64,000 nt of DNA from Candidatus Latescibacterota bacterium (GTDB lineage: Bacteria > Latescibacterota > UBA2968 > UBA8231). The stretch lies in NCBI GenBank assembly GCA_965248265.1, contig CBDFJF010000002.1, positions 480,001-544,000 of the forward strand, in the 5' to 3' direction. This document shows positions 38,890 to 48,082 of this stretch, piece by piece. Numbering within the stretch: position 1 is the stretch's first letter; each line of letters begins with the position of its first letter. The notes under the pieces are model-generated. The model was not told the origin of the DNA and searched no databases. It saw only the letters and a list, made by a program, of their open reading frames with translations. Made by a program: the position numbers and the translations under genes.

Positions 38890-39909
38890 ATGCGTGAAGA
38901 CAAATTGAAGATGGCATTTCTGGGATGCGGCGCGATCGCCCGCTTTCACCTGGATGGGCTCGTCGAACATGTGCCGCGAGTCGAAGTCGCAGTGACCATA
39001 GACACGGACGCGGAGCGCGCGCAGAGTTATGCCGGCGAGACCAGGGCGACAGCCTTCACCTCGTTGGACGAGGCGCTGGAGAAGGGGGATTTCGACGCCA
39101 TCACCATTCTGCTGCCGCATCATCTGCACGAGAGCGCCGCCCTGCAGTGCTTCGAAGCCGGTAAGCACGTGCTGCTGGAAAAACCGATGGCGCCGGGCCT
39201 GGACGCCTGTGAACGAATCCTGACTGCTGCGAAGCAGGCTGGCGTCGTCTTCATGGTCGCGGAGAACTCGCAGTACTGGCCGGAGATCGTCAAGGCCAAG
39301 GAGACCATTCAATCCGGGGCGATCGGGGACATCATAACGGCGACGGCAGCCTTCGTCATGGAGTTCGACGACTACTGGTTCAAGGACAAGAAGCCGTGGC
39401 GCTATGACCGGGATCAGACCGGCGGCGGCATAGTCATCGATGGCGGGGCGCACTGGATCCGGCCGCTGAGGATCTGGCTGGGGGAGATCGACGAGGTGGT
39501 CGCCGTGACCGCCCGTCCCATGGAGCGGATGGAGGGCGAGTCGCTGGCGCGGGCGCTGTTCAGGTTTCAGTCAGGACATGTCGCGGTTTTCGACGCCATG
39601 ATGCTGGACTCGGTGCTTGCCCCCGATGCCTGGTGGCGAATCAAGGGGACGAAGGGGGAGATCACGATCGGCGGCGGCTTCGGTGGCGGAATCCAGCTGT
39701 TCGATGAAGAGCATCGGGACGGGCTCTTGTTGATGGAACCGCAAGGCTACGCCCAATCCTTCGGACCGGAGCACGCGGATTTCGCGGCGGCCGTGCTGGA
39801 CGGAAAGGAACTGGAAGCCGGACCTGAGCAGTCGCTGGGTGAATTGCGAACCGCGCTGGCGATTTACCGGTCGGTGGAAAGTCGAAGCTGGGAGAAGGTG
39901 TGGGAGTAG
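38890..39909 (+). CDS. Gfo/Idh/MocA family oxidoreductase
   Basis: FLGCGAIA, PHHLH, GKHVLLEKPM, GGGIVIDGGAH. Confidence 0.92.
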   Translation: MREDKLKMAFLGCGAIARFHLDGLVEHVPRVEVAVTIDTDAERAQSYAGETRATAFTSLDEALEKGDFDAITILLPHHLHESAALQCFEAGKHVLLEKPMAPGLDACERILTAAKQAGVVFMVAENSQYWPEIVKAKETIQSGAIGDIITATAAFVMEFDDYWFKDKKPWRYDRDQTGGGIVIDGGAHWIRPLRIWLGEIDEVVAVTARPMERMEGESLARALFRFQSGHVAVFDAMMLDSVLAPDAWWRIKGTKGEITIGGGFGGGIQLFDEEHRDGLLLMEPQGYAQSFGPEHADFAAAVLDGKELEAGPEQSLGELRTALAIYRSVESRSWEKVWE

Positions 39910-39914
39910 GAGTA

Positions 39915-40709
39915 CTAGACGAGCACGATCTGAGAAAAGCGATCCGGCCTGTGCATCGGGTGCGGAGGGTGGTCAGACTGGTCGGTGGGCTGCCAGGTCC
40001 AGGTCGCGGTATGACGGGTGGCGCGCTGGTCGATGACCTGGTTGCGTGCCAGGGCGACACGCCAGGTGTCTCCGTTTCTTGACGGCAGCGGACCGTCAGC
40101 CAGTCGCTGCAGTCCTTCCCACGGCAGGGCCAGTTCCACCGTCCAGCCATCGTCGACATCCGTGCGTCGATTCAACGTCCCAGCCACCCGCACGCCGGTC
40201 TGCAGGCCGGGGAATCGCCAGTCCAGAAATCCCCAGCGCATGCCGCGCTCGTCGTGGGGTTCCGCGTCACCGCCAAAGACCATCGGGCGCTGGACAGCCA
40301 AATCGAATTCAGGCACATCATAGCGGCCGCCGCGACTGTAGGAGTCCTTCCATATGAAGAACAGCTCTGAAGTTTTCTTCATCGCATTGATGGACAGGTT
40401 GTAGTAGGCTCCCGTGCCGGTGATGGAAACCTCGACCGTGTTCTCCTGCCAGATGAGTCCGCTACGGTCTTCCCCCGTGCACCACACATCCGGTTCCACC
40501 AGCCAGAAGGCGATGTACAGGTTGGCATCGTCCCACAGCAGGGCTGCCTGCGTGTCGAACAATGTCACCCTGCTGCAGTCAGATTGTGAAAAGCGGTGGG
40601 TGCGCTTGGCCGAATGCCAAACCTCTTTGTCGAGGTTGCCGTCTACGACGATCGACCCTTCCGCAACACGATGACAGGTATACGAGGAGTTCCCCTGCGT
40701 ATCACCCAT
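39915..40709 (-). CDS. carbohydrate-binding family 9 (CBM9)-like protein
   Basis: VDGNLD..W, LLWDDANLYI, GTLN..DVDDGWTVELALPW, GDTWR, MHRPDRF. Confidence 0.8.
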   Translation of the reverse strand: MGDTQGNSSYTCHRVAEGSIVVDGNLDKEVWHSAKRTHRFSQSDCSRVTLFDTQAALLWDDANLYIAFWLVEPDVWCTGEDRSGLIWQENTVEVSITGTGAYYNLSINAMKKTSELFFIWKDSYSRGGRYDVPEFDLAVQRPMVFGGDAEPHDERGMRWGFLDWRFPGLQTGVRVAGTLNRRTDVDDGWTVELALPWEGLQRLADGPLPSRNGDTWRVALARNQVIDQRATRHTATWTWQPTDQSDHPPHPMHRPDRFSQIVLV

Positions 40710-40914
40710 CGTTCGCCCCTGCGGCACTCACGACCTGCTCAGAAAAATACAGGTAGGTAAAACACTCGGGGATGTGTGAATCGTAGACGCCATGGCTGTT
40801 CCATGCCCAGCCAGGACAGGTCTTGTCCCCGTCGCTGTAGTTGATCCATTGGAAGCGGGACACATCCATGCGCCAGGTGTCTCCGTCTTTGGCGGGCAGG
40901 GAGCGACCGTCGCC
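40691..40914. repeat. diverged direct repeat, copy 1 (copy 2 at ~45001-45222)
   Basis: Shared blocks such as tgcgt.tcacccatcgttcgcccctgcgg, tgtgaatcgtagacgcc.tggctgttccatgccca, cacatccatgcgccaggtgtctcc and gcgggcagggagcgaccgtcg. Confidence 0.9.
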
Positions 40915-40915
40915 T
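40702..40915 (-). pseudogene. 3' fragment of a CBM9-like gene (paralog of 45012-45830)
   Basis: DGRSLPAKDGDTWRMDVSRFQW...WAWNSHGVYDSHIPECFTY...GANDG* is nearly identical to the C-terminus of 45012-45830; the 5' ~200 codons are absent. Confidence 0.85.
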
Positions 40916-40937
40916 CCTCTGATGTGCTGCGAGTCAG

Positions 40938-41843
40938 TCACGACCACACCTCACGCAGCCGCGGCAACAGGATTTCCGTGTCCCGGTCGTGCACCTCTCC
41001 CTGCCAACGGTCGTTGACCTCCAGACTGCTCCGCTCGTAGGATGCCTGCAGCACCTGAGGCAGGTCGAGTTGATGGAACCGCGCCACGAGGTAGCCGTCC
41101 TCCTTCAAGTGGATTTCGCGGAAGCCCATGGGGAATCCGATGAGACAAGCGGTATCCACGATCAGGAAATCCCGGTACATCCGGATGCGATTCAGATGCC
41201 GGTGTCCGGTGAAAATGGCGACGATGCTCGGCTGACGAGCGACGGTCTCGATCAGCCGATTCGCCCCTTTGACGATTCCCCTGCCCGGGTCCTCTCCGGG
41301 GGCGACAAACCCCGGCAGCACCCACGAGTGCAGCACCAGAATGAGCGCGCAGTGGTCAGTTGACGCCTGCTCGGCCGACTGCGCGAGCGCTTCGTCCAGG
41401 GCATCGGTCCAGACCCCACTGGCCTCCTCCAGCGGGTTCTCCTGAAAGATGTTTACCAGCGCCAGCCGCAACCGAGGGCCCACGTCTACGACATCGAGGA
41501 GTTCGGGGATGTGGATGCGCTCGGCCAACGGTGCGAATGTGCCCTGCTCGGCGTCACAGTCGTGATTTCCCGGCACGTAATAGGCCGGCACTTCGAACTT
41601 TGCCACGGCCTGCGCCACATCCTCGACTGACTGCAGATATGTATCCCACGGGATCTCGAATGCCCCACCCCCGCACAACAGGTCACCTCCGTGAACGACG
41701 AAATCCGGGCGGATCGAATTGATCGCCGGCACCATCGCGTCCAGCACTCTGCGGCTGTGTGTGAGCATTTTCGGAGGGCCGAAGTCTTTTTCCGGATTCG
41801 GGTGGTAATGGCTGTCTGTCACGAATACGAAGCGGATCGTCAT
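40938..41843 (-). CDS. calcineurin-like metallophosphoesterase (CpdA/Icc-like)
   Basis: FVTDSH, HGGDL, PGNHD, VLH, TGHRH. Confidence 0.88.
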   Translation of the reverse strand: MTIRFVFVTDSHYHPNPEKDFGPPKMLTHSRRVLDAMVPAINSIRPDFVVHGGDLLCGGGAFEIPWDTYLQSVEDVAQAVAKFEVPAYYVPGNHDCDAEQGTFAPLAERIHIPELLDVVDVGPRLRLALVNIFQENPLEEASGVWTDALDEALAQSAEQASTDHCALILVLHSWVLPGFVAPGEDPGRGIVKGANRLIETVARQPSIVAIFTGHRHLNRIRMYRDFLIVDTACLIGFPMGFREIHLKEDGYLVARFHQLDLPQVLQASYERSSLEVNDRWQGEVHDRDTEILLPRLREVWS

Positions 41844-41850
41844 AGAATCC

Positions 41851-43857
41851 TCATTCCCCGTTTACCTTCCAACCCGGGTTCGAGATATCGAACTTGCGCG
41901 TTGGCGCATAGATCTTCTCGCCGGCAGGATAAGGGGTATCCTGCGTCACGATGTAGATGGCTCCCTCGTTCACGTAGACGATCTCATCCCGGGCGTCGCC
42001 GACCACGTCCTCGACGGTCCCCCCTGCCCATTCGAATGGCAACCCGTCGCATACCGGGCGCACGACCTTTCTGCCTTGCGCGTCGTAGAACCCGAAGGCC
42101 TGCATGGAAGTGGACAGGAACATCAGCTCCTCGCCATCCCCGGACCAGTTCACCGCCGGGCCTCCCTGGCTGATCGTGTCCGGCTCGCACCGCCACAGCG
42201 GATCTCCGTGACCGCTCACCAGATTCATGATCCCGTAGTTTTCCCAGCGATCGCCCATCCACATCTCCAATCCCGGCAGATCCGGCCGGAAATTCCCCGC
42301 ATAGATCCCCTGCACGTGGCCGAAGCGGTGATGCCTCAGCAGCGCCCCCGTGCGCGCATCCACGAGGAAAAACCCTGGATCGCTGCCAGCAATGCCGATC
42401 TCAGGACCGTTGCTTTCATCGCCGTCCAGCTCCCCGAACGCAGCGTGATCGACGTGACCGGCCCCACCGGAATCCTCAATGTACTCCGCCCCCTCCATCA
42501 ACCACAGAAGGTTTCCGTCCCCGTCGTAGAGCTGATACCCGGGCAGAATCTCATCGCGGCCATCCCCATCCACGTCGCAGAACCAGATGTACATACCGTA
42601 CCACGAGTCGTGCGCATCCTGACGCCAGCGCAGGTTCAACGTCTCATCGTAAGCCCATATAGAGTACCCCGTCCCCGCCTGGTCGCCGTCTCGTAGAATT
42701 AAGTCCTGGGCCTTCTCCGTCCTGCGAATTCGGCACGGCCAAAGGGCCCCCAGCTTGTGCAGATGCGGCTTGACGCTCTCTCCCCGGAAGCCGCGATACG
42801 GCCCAGCCTTTGGCAGTTCCGTCTCGGCTGTCACTTCTCCCGTCCGCCCACTCACCATGCGCAGCAGCTCTCCTTCGACCCCGATGAAGTCCTCCACACC
42901 GTCGGCGTCGAGATCGTGCACTACCATGTGCTCCAAACGCGAGGCCGCTGCGTACACCTGCTCCCACTGCTTTTCTCCCTCGAGGTCCAGGCAGACAATC
43001 TGAAGGCCCGCATCCGTCTTCTGCTGCAGCACGATCTCCTTCTTTCCCGCCCCGCGGAAATCTCCGAAACGCACCTCGCACGGCCAGTATTTGCCGATGT
43101 CGATCCGCTTCCACAGCACCGGTTTCGGGTATTTCTCCGATGCTTGTGCCACCTCCCGGTCATACGCGCTCTGACGGCTCACGTGTGCCGCCCGTGCAGG
43201 CTCAGAGGCTTTGACCCGTACCCCGTGCATGCGGCTGCGGGTGTTCGTGCGGATGCCGACCTTGCCCACTGCAAACTTCTCGTCATAGGCCACGAATACC
43301 TGCTGATCGTCTACATAGCACTCGAACCGACGCCCTTCGCACACGACTCGCAGGTGGTAGTACCGGCTGCGATCCACCCCATTGGGACAATCCGCCAGCA
43401 TCAGCCACGACTCATCTTCGCGGCGATACAGCACGAAGCGCTCATGTCCCTCCATGCCGAAGAGGTAATAGCGCCGCAGATCCTGGTAGCGCACCATCAA
43501 TCCTGTGAGGCCCACTATGGCGTGTGGTTCGTCCATGCTCGGCCTTGTAAACGCGTTCAATTGCCGAACGAACGCCTCCACGGTGTAATCCGCCCACAAG
43601 GGCTCCCCCGTCGTCAGGCAGCGGCCAGTCTTGTTGTGATGCTCCAGCACTTGCACTTCCCCGTCGCGAACCACCCGGTAGGAGCTCGGTTGTCGCGCTT
43701 GCTTGGGGCCCCATTCGAGAGGATTCTCCCAGTCTTTGAAAACCTTCTCCTCCAGGCGTTTATCCGGGTCATTGTAGTCCAGAATTTTGCCTGCCGGGCA
43801 TTCTGACAGATCGATCTGTGCCAGCACAATCTCCCTTGAATCGCTGTCTTCGACCAT
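41851..43857 (-). CDS. ConA-like/DUF1080 domain + FG-GAP-type propeller (rhamnogalacturonan lyase 11-like) protein
   Basis: N-terminal WADYTVEA..GLMVRYQD...YY...GKVG; C-terminal DLDADGVED, DVDGDGRDEI, GHVD, GNFRPDLPGLE, DVVGDARDEI. Start at MVEDSDS. Confidence 0.7.
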   Translation of the reverse strand: MVEDSDSREIVLAQIDLSECPAGKILDYNDPDKRLEEKVFKDWENPLEWGPKQARQPSSYRVVRDGEVQVLEHHNKTGRCLTTGEPLWADYTVEAFVRQLNAFTRPSMDEPHAIVGLTGLMVRYQDLRRYYLFGMEGHERFVLYRREDESWLMLADCPNGVDRSRYYHLRVVCEGRRFECYVDDQQVFVAYDEKFAVGKVGIRTNTRSRMHGVRVKASEPARAAHVSRQSAYDREVAQASEKYPKPVLWKRIDIGKYWPCEVRFGDFRGAGKKEIVLQQKTDAGLQIVCLDLEGEKQWEQVYAAASRLEHMVVHDLDADGVEDFIGVEGELLRMVSGRTGEVTAETELPKAGPYRGFRGESVKPHLHKLGALWPCRIRRTEKAQDLILRDGDQAGTGYSIWAYDETLNLRWRQDAHDSWYGMYIWFCDVDGDGRDEILPGYQLYDGDGNLLWLMEGAEYIEDSGGAGHVDHAAFGELDGDESNGPEIGIAGSDPGFFLVDARTGALLRHHRFGHVQGIYAGNFRPDLPGLEMWMGDRWENYGIMNLVSGHGDPLWRCEPDTISQGGPAVNWSGDGEELMFLSTSMQAFGFYDAQGRKVVRPVCDGLPFEWAGGTVEDVVGDARDEIVYVNEGAIYIVTQDTPYPAGEKIYAPTRKFDISNPGWKVNGE

Positions 43858-44043
43858 CTCGCACCTCTTTCTCAGTAGATCCCACGAAACGATTGTTTCG
43901 ATTTTCACAACCAACCCGTTCCTGCTTTCTATCCGCCCACATTTCTCCGACGGTAGACAAAGGCGCTGTGCCGGTGTAATCTCAGACACAGATCGCAAGA
44001 CCGACGTTCGACCGGCTATTTTTTCTGGATTGGAGATTTATCC

Positions 44044-44874
44044 GTGGCCCAAAGCACCACAGAAACCCCTTCCGAACCCTACCAATACAGTACCTGCGCA
44101 GACTATCTGGACACACTGGACGACATCACAGATGCCCAGATTCAACGCTTCCACGAACAAGGCTATCTCGCAGTAAGACAGGCTGTCGATATCGATGCAA
44201 TAGCAGACGCGGCCCAGGCCATGTGGGACCTCATTGACGGCGCACGGCCGGATTTCAAAGGCGTCATGGTCGAAGACAACAAGCTGGAATCATACGCGAC
44301 CCTGCCCCAGGGAGAACGTCGGGACGCTGTGCGCAAGATACATCGTTTTGTCGAATATGATGACCGCCTGAAGGCCCTGTCCGCACACCCCGGCATCCTT
44401 TCCGTGTTGCAACGCCTGCTGGGAGAAGCTCCCGTCCTCTTCCAGGATATGGGCTTGATGAAACCCCCCCACGGTCGTCAAAAACCCTGGCATCAAGACT
44501 GCGCCTATTTCAACGTGCCGATCGACAGCACCATCGTCGGCGTCTGGATCGCCCTGGACGAAGCCACTCCCGAAAATGGGTGCCTCCACATCGTTCCCGG
44601 CTCCCACAAGGGAGGCCCACAGCTTCACTTCCAACTTCTCGACTGGCAAATATGCGACACCGAAGTTCCGGTTCGACGTTCCGCAATGGTCCCCTTGAAG
44701 CCCGGGGGTTGCCTGTTGTGGCACGGGTTGCTCCAGCATGGAAGTCCCACGAACCTATCCAACCAGCGTCGCCGAGCCCTCCAGTTTCACTACGAGCCCC
44801 AAAGCATCCAAAAAATCACAGACGAAGAACGCCTCGCCATCTATGGAGGGGAAGGCCGGGGTGTGGAGTGTTGA
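44044..44874 (+). CDS. PhyH family dioxygenase
   Basis: FHEQGYL, KPWHQD, WIALDEATPENGCLHIVPGSH, LQHGS. Confidence 0.92.
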   Translation: MAQSTTETPSEPYQYSTCADYLDTLDDITDAQIQRFHEQGYLAVRQAVDIDAIADAAQAMWDLIDGARPDFKGVMVEDNKLESYATLPQGERRDAVRKIHRFVEYDDRLKALSAHPGILSVLQRLLGEAPVLFQDMGLMKPPHGRQKPWHQDCAYFNVPIDSTIVGVWIALDEATPENGCLHIVPGSHKGGPQLHFQLLDWQICDTEVPVRRSAMVPLKPGGCLLWHGLLQHGSPTNLSNQRRRALQFHYEPQSIQKITDEERLAIYGGEGRGVEC

Positions 44875-45000
44875 AGTAGCCGGCGATCACCGCTTCATCA
44901 GCTCGAAACGCCGCTCCAGGTCTGCGCCTCTCCAATGGCTACTGGCTAAGGGCACAGGCAGCTTTCCATGCCGAGGCGGCTGGAGTGTTACCCGAAGGGC

Positions 45001-45222
45001 TGCCGTGCGTTTCACCCATCGTTCGCCCCTGCGGAACCCACGACCTGTTCGGAAAAGTGCATGTAGGTAAAGCAGTCCGGGATATGTGAATCGTAGACGC
45101 CGTGGCTGTTCCATGCCCAACCGGGACAGGTCTTGCGCCCACCATCGTCGATCCACTGAAAGCGAGACACATCCATGCGCCAGGTGTCTCCCTCCTTCGC
45201 GGGCAGGGAGCGACCGTCGGCC
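45001..45222. repeat. diverged direct repeat, copy 2 (copy 1 at ~40691-40914)
   Basis: Same blocks as copy 1; covers the CBM9-like gene end and the overlapping ATG (MGETHG vs MGDTQG). Confidence 0.9.
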
Positions 45223-45830
45223 AGGTGCACGAGGGCCTGCCATGGAATGGCGATCTCGGCCGTCCACCCGATGTCGACATCGTCGTGCTTGTTGATGGTA
45301 CCGTCGACGTGGACGGCCGACTTGAGTCCGGGCAAGTCCCATTGGCGAAATGCCCAGCGGCGCCCCCTGGGATGGGCGTGCCAGTTCCAGTCGCCCCCCA
45401 AGGTGTCCACCAGGTCCGTTCCCAGCAGGTCGAATTCTGGGATCCGCGAGTAACCGGCTTCGATGTAGGCGTCCTGCCATATGTAGAATCGCTCCATGAC
45501 GGTACCAAAGGCGTTCATCTCGAATTCGTAATAGGCATCCTCGCCGGCGACGAAGATCTCGACATCGTTGTCCTCCCAGATGTTGGAGTCTCGCTTGGTG
45601 AGGGTCGCGCACACGTCGGGTTCTTCTAGCCAGAAACCGACGTAGATGTATTGGTCGTCCCACAGTACTGCCGCCCTGGTATCCAACAGGGCCGGACGTC
45701 CTGGGGTTTCCAGGTCCTCGAAGCGATCAGATTTGGGCACCATCTGCCAGGAGGGCTCGTCGAGGTGACCGTCTACCGTGATCGACGCCGCTGCGCGATA
45801 GCAGGTGTAATGTTTCGGATTTGTGGTCAT
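45012..45830 (-). CDS. CBM9-like protein
   Basis: ITVDGHLDEPSW, VLWDDQYIYVG, DNDVEIF, YYEFEMNA, GWTAEIAIPW. Confidence 0.85.
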   Translation of the reverse strand: MTTNPKHYTCYRAAASITVDGHLDEPSWQMVPKSDRFEDLETPGRPALLDTRAAVLWDDQYIYVGFWLEEPDVCATLTKRDSNIWEDNDVEIFVAGEDAYYEFEMNAFGTVMERFYIWQDAYIEAGYSRIPEFDLLGTDLVDTLGGDWNWHAHPRGRRWAFRQWDLPGLKSAVHVDGTINKHDDVDIGWTAEIAIPWQALVHLADGRSLPAKEGDTWRMDVSRFQWIDDGGRKTCPGWAWNSHGVYDSHIPDCFTYMHFSEQVVGSAGANDG

Positions 45831-45849
45831 CGTAGAATCACCAGCCCTA

Positions 45850-46028
45850 GGAGCCCGTTGAAAAACCCTATTTTGGCCTGAAGCCGGTCCTTTCGTCCGA
45901 TCTCTGCGTTGTGCTCACTCGCCGCATCTCACTGATGCGGACGAACCTTCGGTTCGCAACGATCGCACGCCTTGTATCGACCAAAATTGCTCGGCCTCAG
46001 CTCCAAAGCGGGTTTATCAACGGGCTCC
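45850..46028. mobile_element. MITE (non-autonomous, IS5/IS1182-like ends), 179 bp
   Basis: Left end GGAGCCCGTTGAAAAACCC versus the reverse complement of the right end GGAGCCCGTTGATAAACCC (18/19). CTA flanks both sides (45847-45849, 46029-46031). Internal hairpins ccgcatc..gatgcgg and cgaacc..ggttcg; no ORF. Confidence 0.85.
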
Positions 46029-46817
46029 CTAGCCGCGGGCTTTGTGTACCATATCGACGAGCGCCGCGCGTGTCTGTTCGCTGTCGACGACCTCATGCTC
46101 AAACGCAACCCGTACGCTCTTCACGCCTGCCTGGGTGGTCAAGCGTAGCTGGAATCCGAGCCGGTCGATGGCGGTCATCCTGGCTTCACTTACCTCCAGG
46201 CCAGTATCAGCCTGACCCAGCAGCTGGCAGGCATCGGCATGATCGGTGTTCATGTGCTCGAGGATAGACGACGCCTGGTCGGCCAGGGGATCGACCTGTG
46301 AGCGGTAGTAATCACTCGCCGTAACCCAGCCCATGGAGCCAAAGCCACCGACGAAATAGAGGTCTTCGATCGCCATACGATAGAAAGAGAAATCGTCGAA
46401 ATCGACCCAGTAAGTGGCGTTTTCATGGCGTCCCAGATAGCACGTACGGACCGCTTCCAACTCGGCACTCGGCACTTTCAGTGACTGGCCCATTAGAGTC
46501 ACCCGGCCCGCACCCAGGGGATCCCCCTCGGCGTCCGCCTCGGTAACCAGCAGGCTGCTGCGCGGCTCGCCGCTGAGATTCTGGGTGTGCATCGCCATGG
46601 TGCTGATCAAAAAGCACGGGCTGCCTTGCTCATCCAGGGCGTAGGGCATCATCGAACCGAAGGGCCACCCGGGATGTTTGCGCGAGATTGTCGACAGGCT
46701 GCCGAGGCTATTCAGGTGAAGGAGAGTGCGCGCCTGCTCGGCATAGGTAGGTTCGGGTGGCTCGTCCTCCACTTCCGCTCTGCGACCGCCATGCTGGTGG
46801 GGTGGCTCTTTGGCCAT
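46029..46817 (-). CDS. HugZ-like pyridoxamine 5'-phosphate oxidase-family protein with DUF2470
   Basis: GWPFGS, LISTMAMHTQNL, RVTLMG, FVGGFG, ILEHMNTDH, IDRLG. Confidence 0.88.
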   Translation of the reverse strand: MAKEPPHQHGGRRAEVEDEPPEPTYAEQARTLLHLNSLGSLSTISRKHPGWPFGSMMPYALDEQGSPCFLISTMAMHTQNLSGEPRSSLLVTEADAEGDPLGAGRVTLMGQSLKVPSAELEAVRTCYLGRHENATYWVDFDDFSFYRMAIEDLYFVGGFGSMGWVTASDYYRSQVDPLADQASSILEHMNTDHADACQLLGQADTGLEVSEARMTAIDRLGFQLRLTTQAGVKSVRVAFEHEVVDSEQTRAALVDMVHKARG

Positions 46818-47003
46818 GACGTCTCTCTATTTTCTCAGCAGCGATGGTTTTTTTTGTTCAACTAGGTACCTGGGCCAATAAAGTCGGCCTCTTTGAAGGT
46901 CTGCACCACGGCCACGAGGGTCCGTCCGGTCCTGCGCATCGGCGCCGGGCGTCTTATCTTCCCTATTTATGATGAACGTCTTCCCTATCTTCGCGAGACA
47001 GCC

Positions 47004-48011
47004 ATGACGGCAGCGCCCAGCACAAGAACGATCGGATGGTACCGCACGCCGATCGGCCGCGATGCGCTGCGGGAGTTGAACCAGCGCAGCGACTGGAAAG
47101 GACTGCTCCAGGTCGGAGGCCATGCGATGTTGATCGTGCTGACGGGAATGCTGGCCTGGCATGTCCAGGACCGTTTGTACCTACTGCTACCGACGCTGTT
47201 CGTCTACGGCATATTCTATGTCTTCATCCTCAACGGCACGCACGAACTGTCCCACAACTCCGTCTTCAAGACCAAGGCACTGAACCTGTTCTTCCTGCGC
47301 CTGTTTTCCTTCTTCGGTTTGCGCAACCATGTCCTTTTCTGGGAGAGCCACTCGGCGCATCACAAGTACACGTTGCATCAACCGGATGACCTCGAGGTTG
47401 TGCTGCCCAAAAAACTGACCCTGAAAGAGTTTCTGCGCATCACCTTCTTCGACCCCTGGACCTTGTACGAGTCGATACGAAAGCACCTTGCGCACAGTGT
47501 GGGGAAGGTGGAGGGGGAGTGGGAGAACCGTCTGTTTCCGCCTGAAGAGGTAGAGAAGAGGCGCCAGTTGCGAAACACCGCGCGCTTTCTGCTGATCGGC
47601 CATACCGTGCTCGTGGCCGCCTCGTTCTACTTTGGTCTCTGGCTGCTGCCCGTGCTCACCATACTGGGCGTGTTCTACGGCGGCGGTTTGCGCTTCCTCT
47701 GCAACCAGACCCAGCATGCCGGACTACAGGACGAGGTAACGGATTTCCGCCTGTGTACCCGCACGGTCATCCTCAGCCCTTTGCCGCGCTTTCTCTACTA
47801 CCACATGAACTATCACATTGAGCATCACATGTACGCCGCGGTGCCGTGTTACAACCTGGGAAAGCTGCACAGGCTGATTAAACACGATTTGCCTCACTGC
47901 CCGCGCGGGCTCTTCGAGGCCTACAGAGAAATCATCGCCACGGTGTTGAAGCAACGCGTGGAGCCCGACTACCAGTTCATTCCCGAGCTACCTTCCCAGG
48001 TAGCCGTTTAG
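47004..48011 (+). CDS. membrane fatty-acid desaturase family protein (MocD-like)
   Basis: Three His boxes HELSH, HSAHH and HIEHH; VPCYNL; TM segments. Confidence 0.9.
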   Translation: MTAAPSTRTIGWYRTPIGRDALRELNQRSDWKGLLQVGGHAMLIVLTGMLAWHVQDRLYLLLPTLFVYGIFYVFILNGTHELSHNSVFKTKALNLFFLRLFSFFGLRNHVLFWESHSAHHKYTLHQPDDLEVVLPKKLTLKEFLRITFFDPWTLYESIRKHLAHSVGKVEGEWENRLFPPEEVEKRRQLRNTARFLLIGHTVLVAASFYFGLWLLPVLTILGVFYGGGLRFLCNQTQHAGLQDEVTDFRLCTRTVILSPLPRFLYYHMNYHIEHHMYAAVPCYNLGKLHRLIKHDLPHCPRGLFEAYREIIATVLKQRVEPDYQFIPELPSQVAV

Positions 48012-48082
48012 CGACACAGTTGCGGATTGAATGCGGACCTTGACCGGGGCACCCTGACGCAGACCACGATGACAGAGACGCC

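Noticed and set aside
45925-45950. tRNA-like GGTTCG arm
   Set aside because: It is part of a MITE internal hairpin; no cloverleaf or CCA end.
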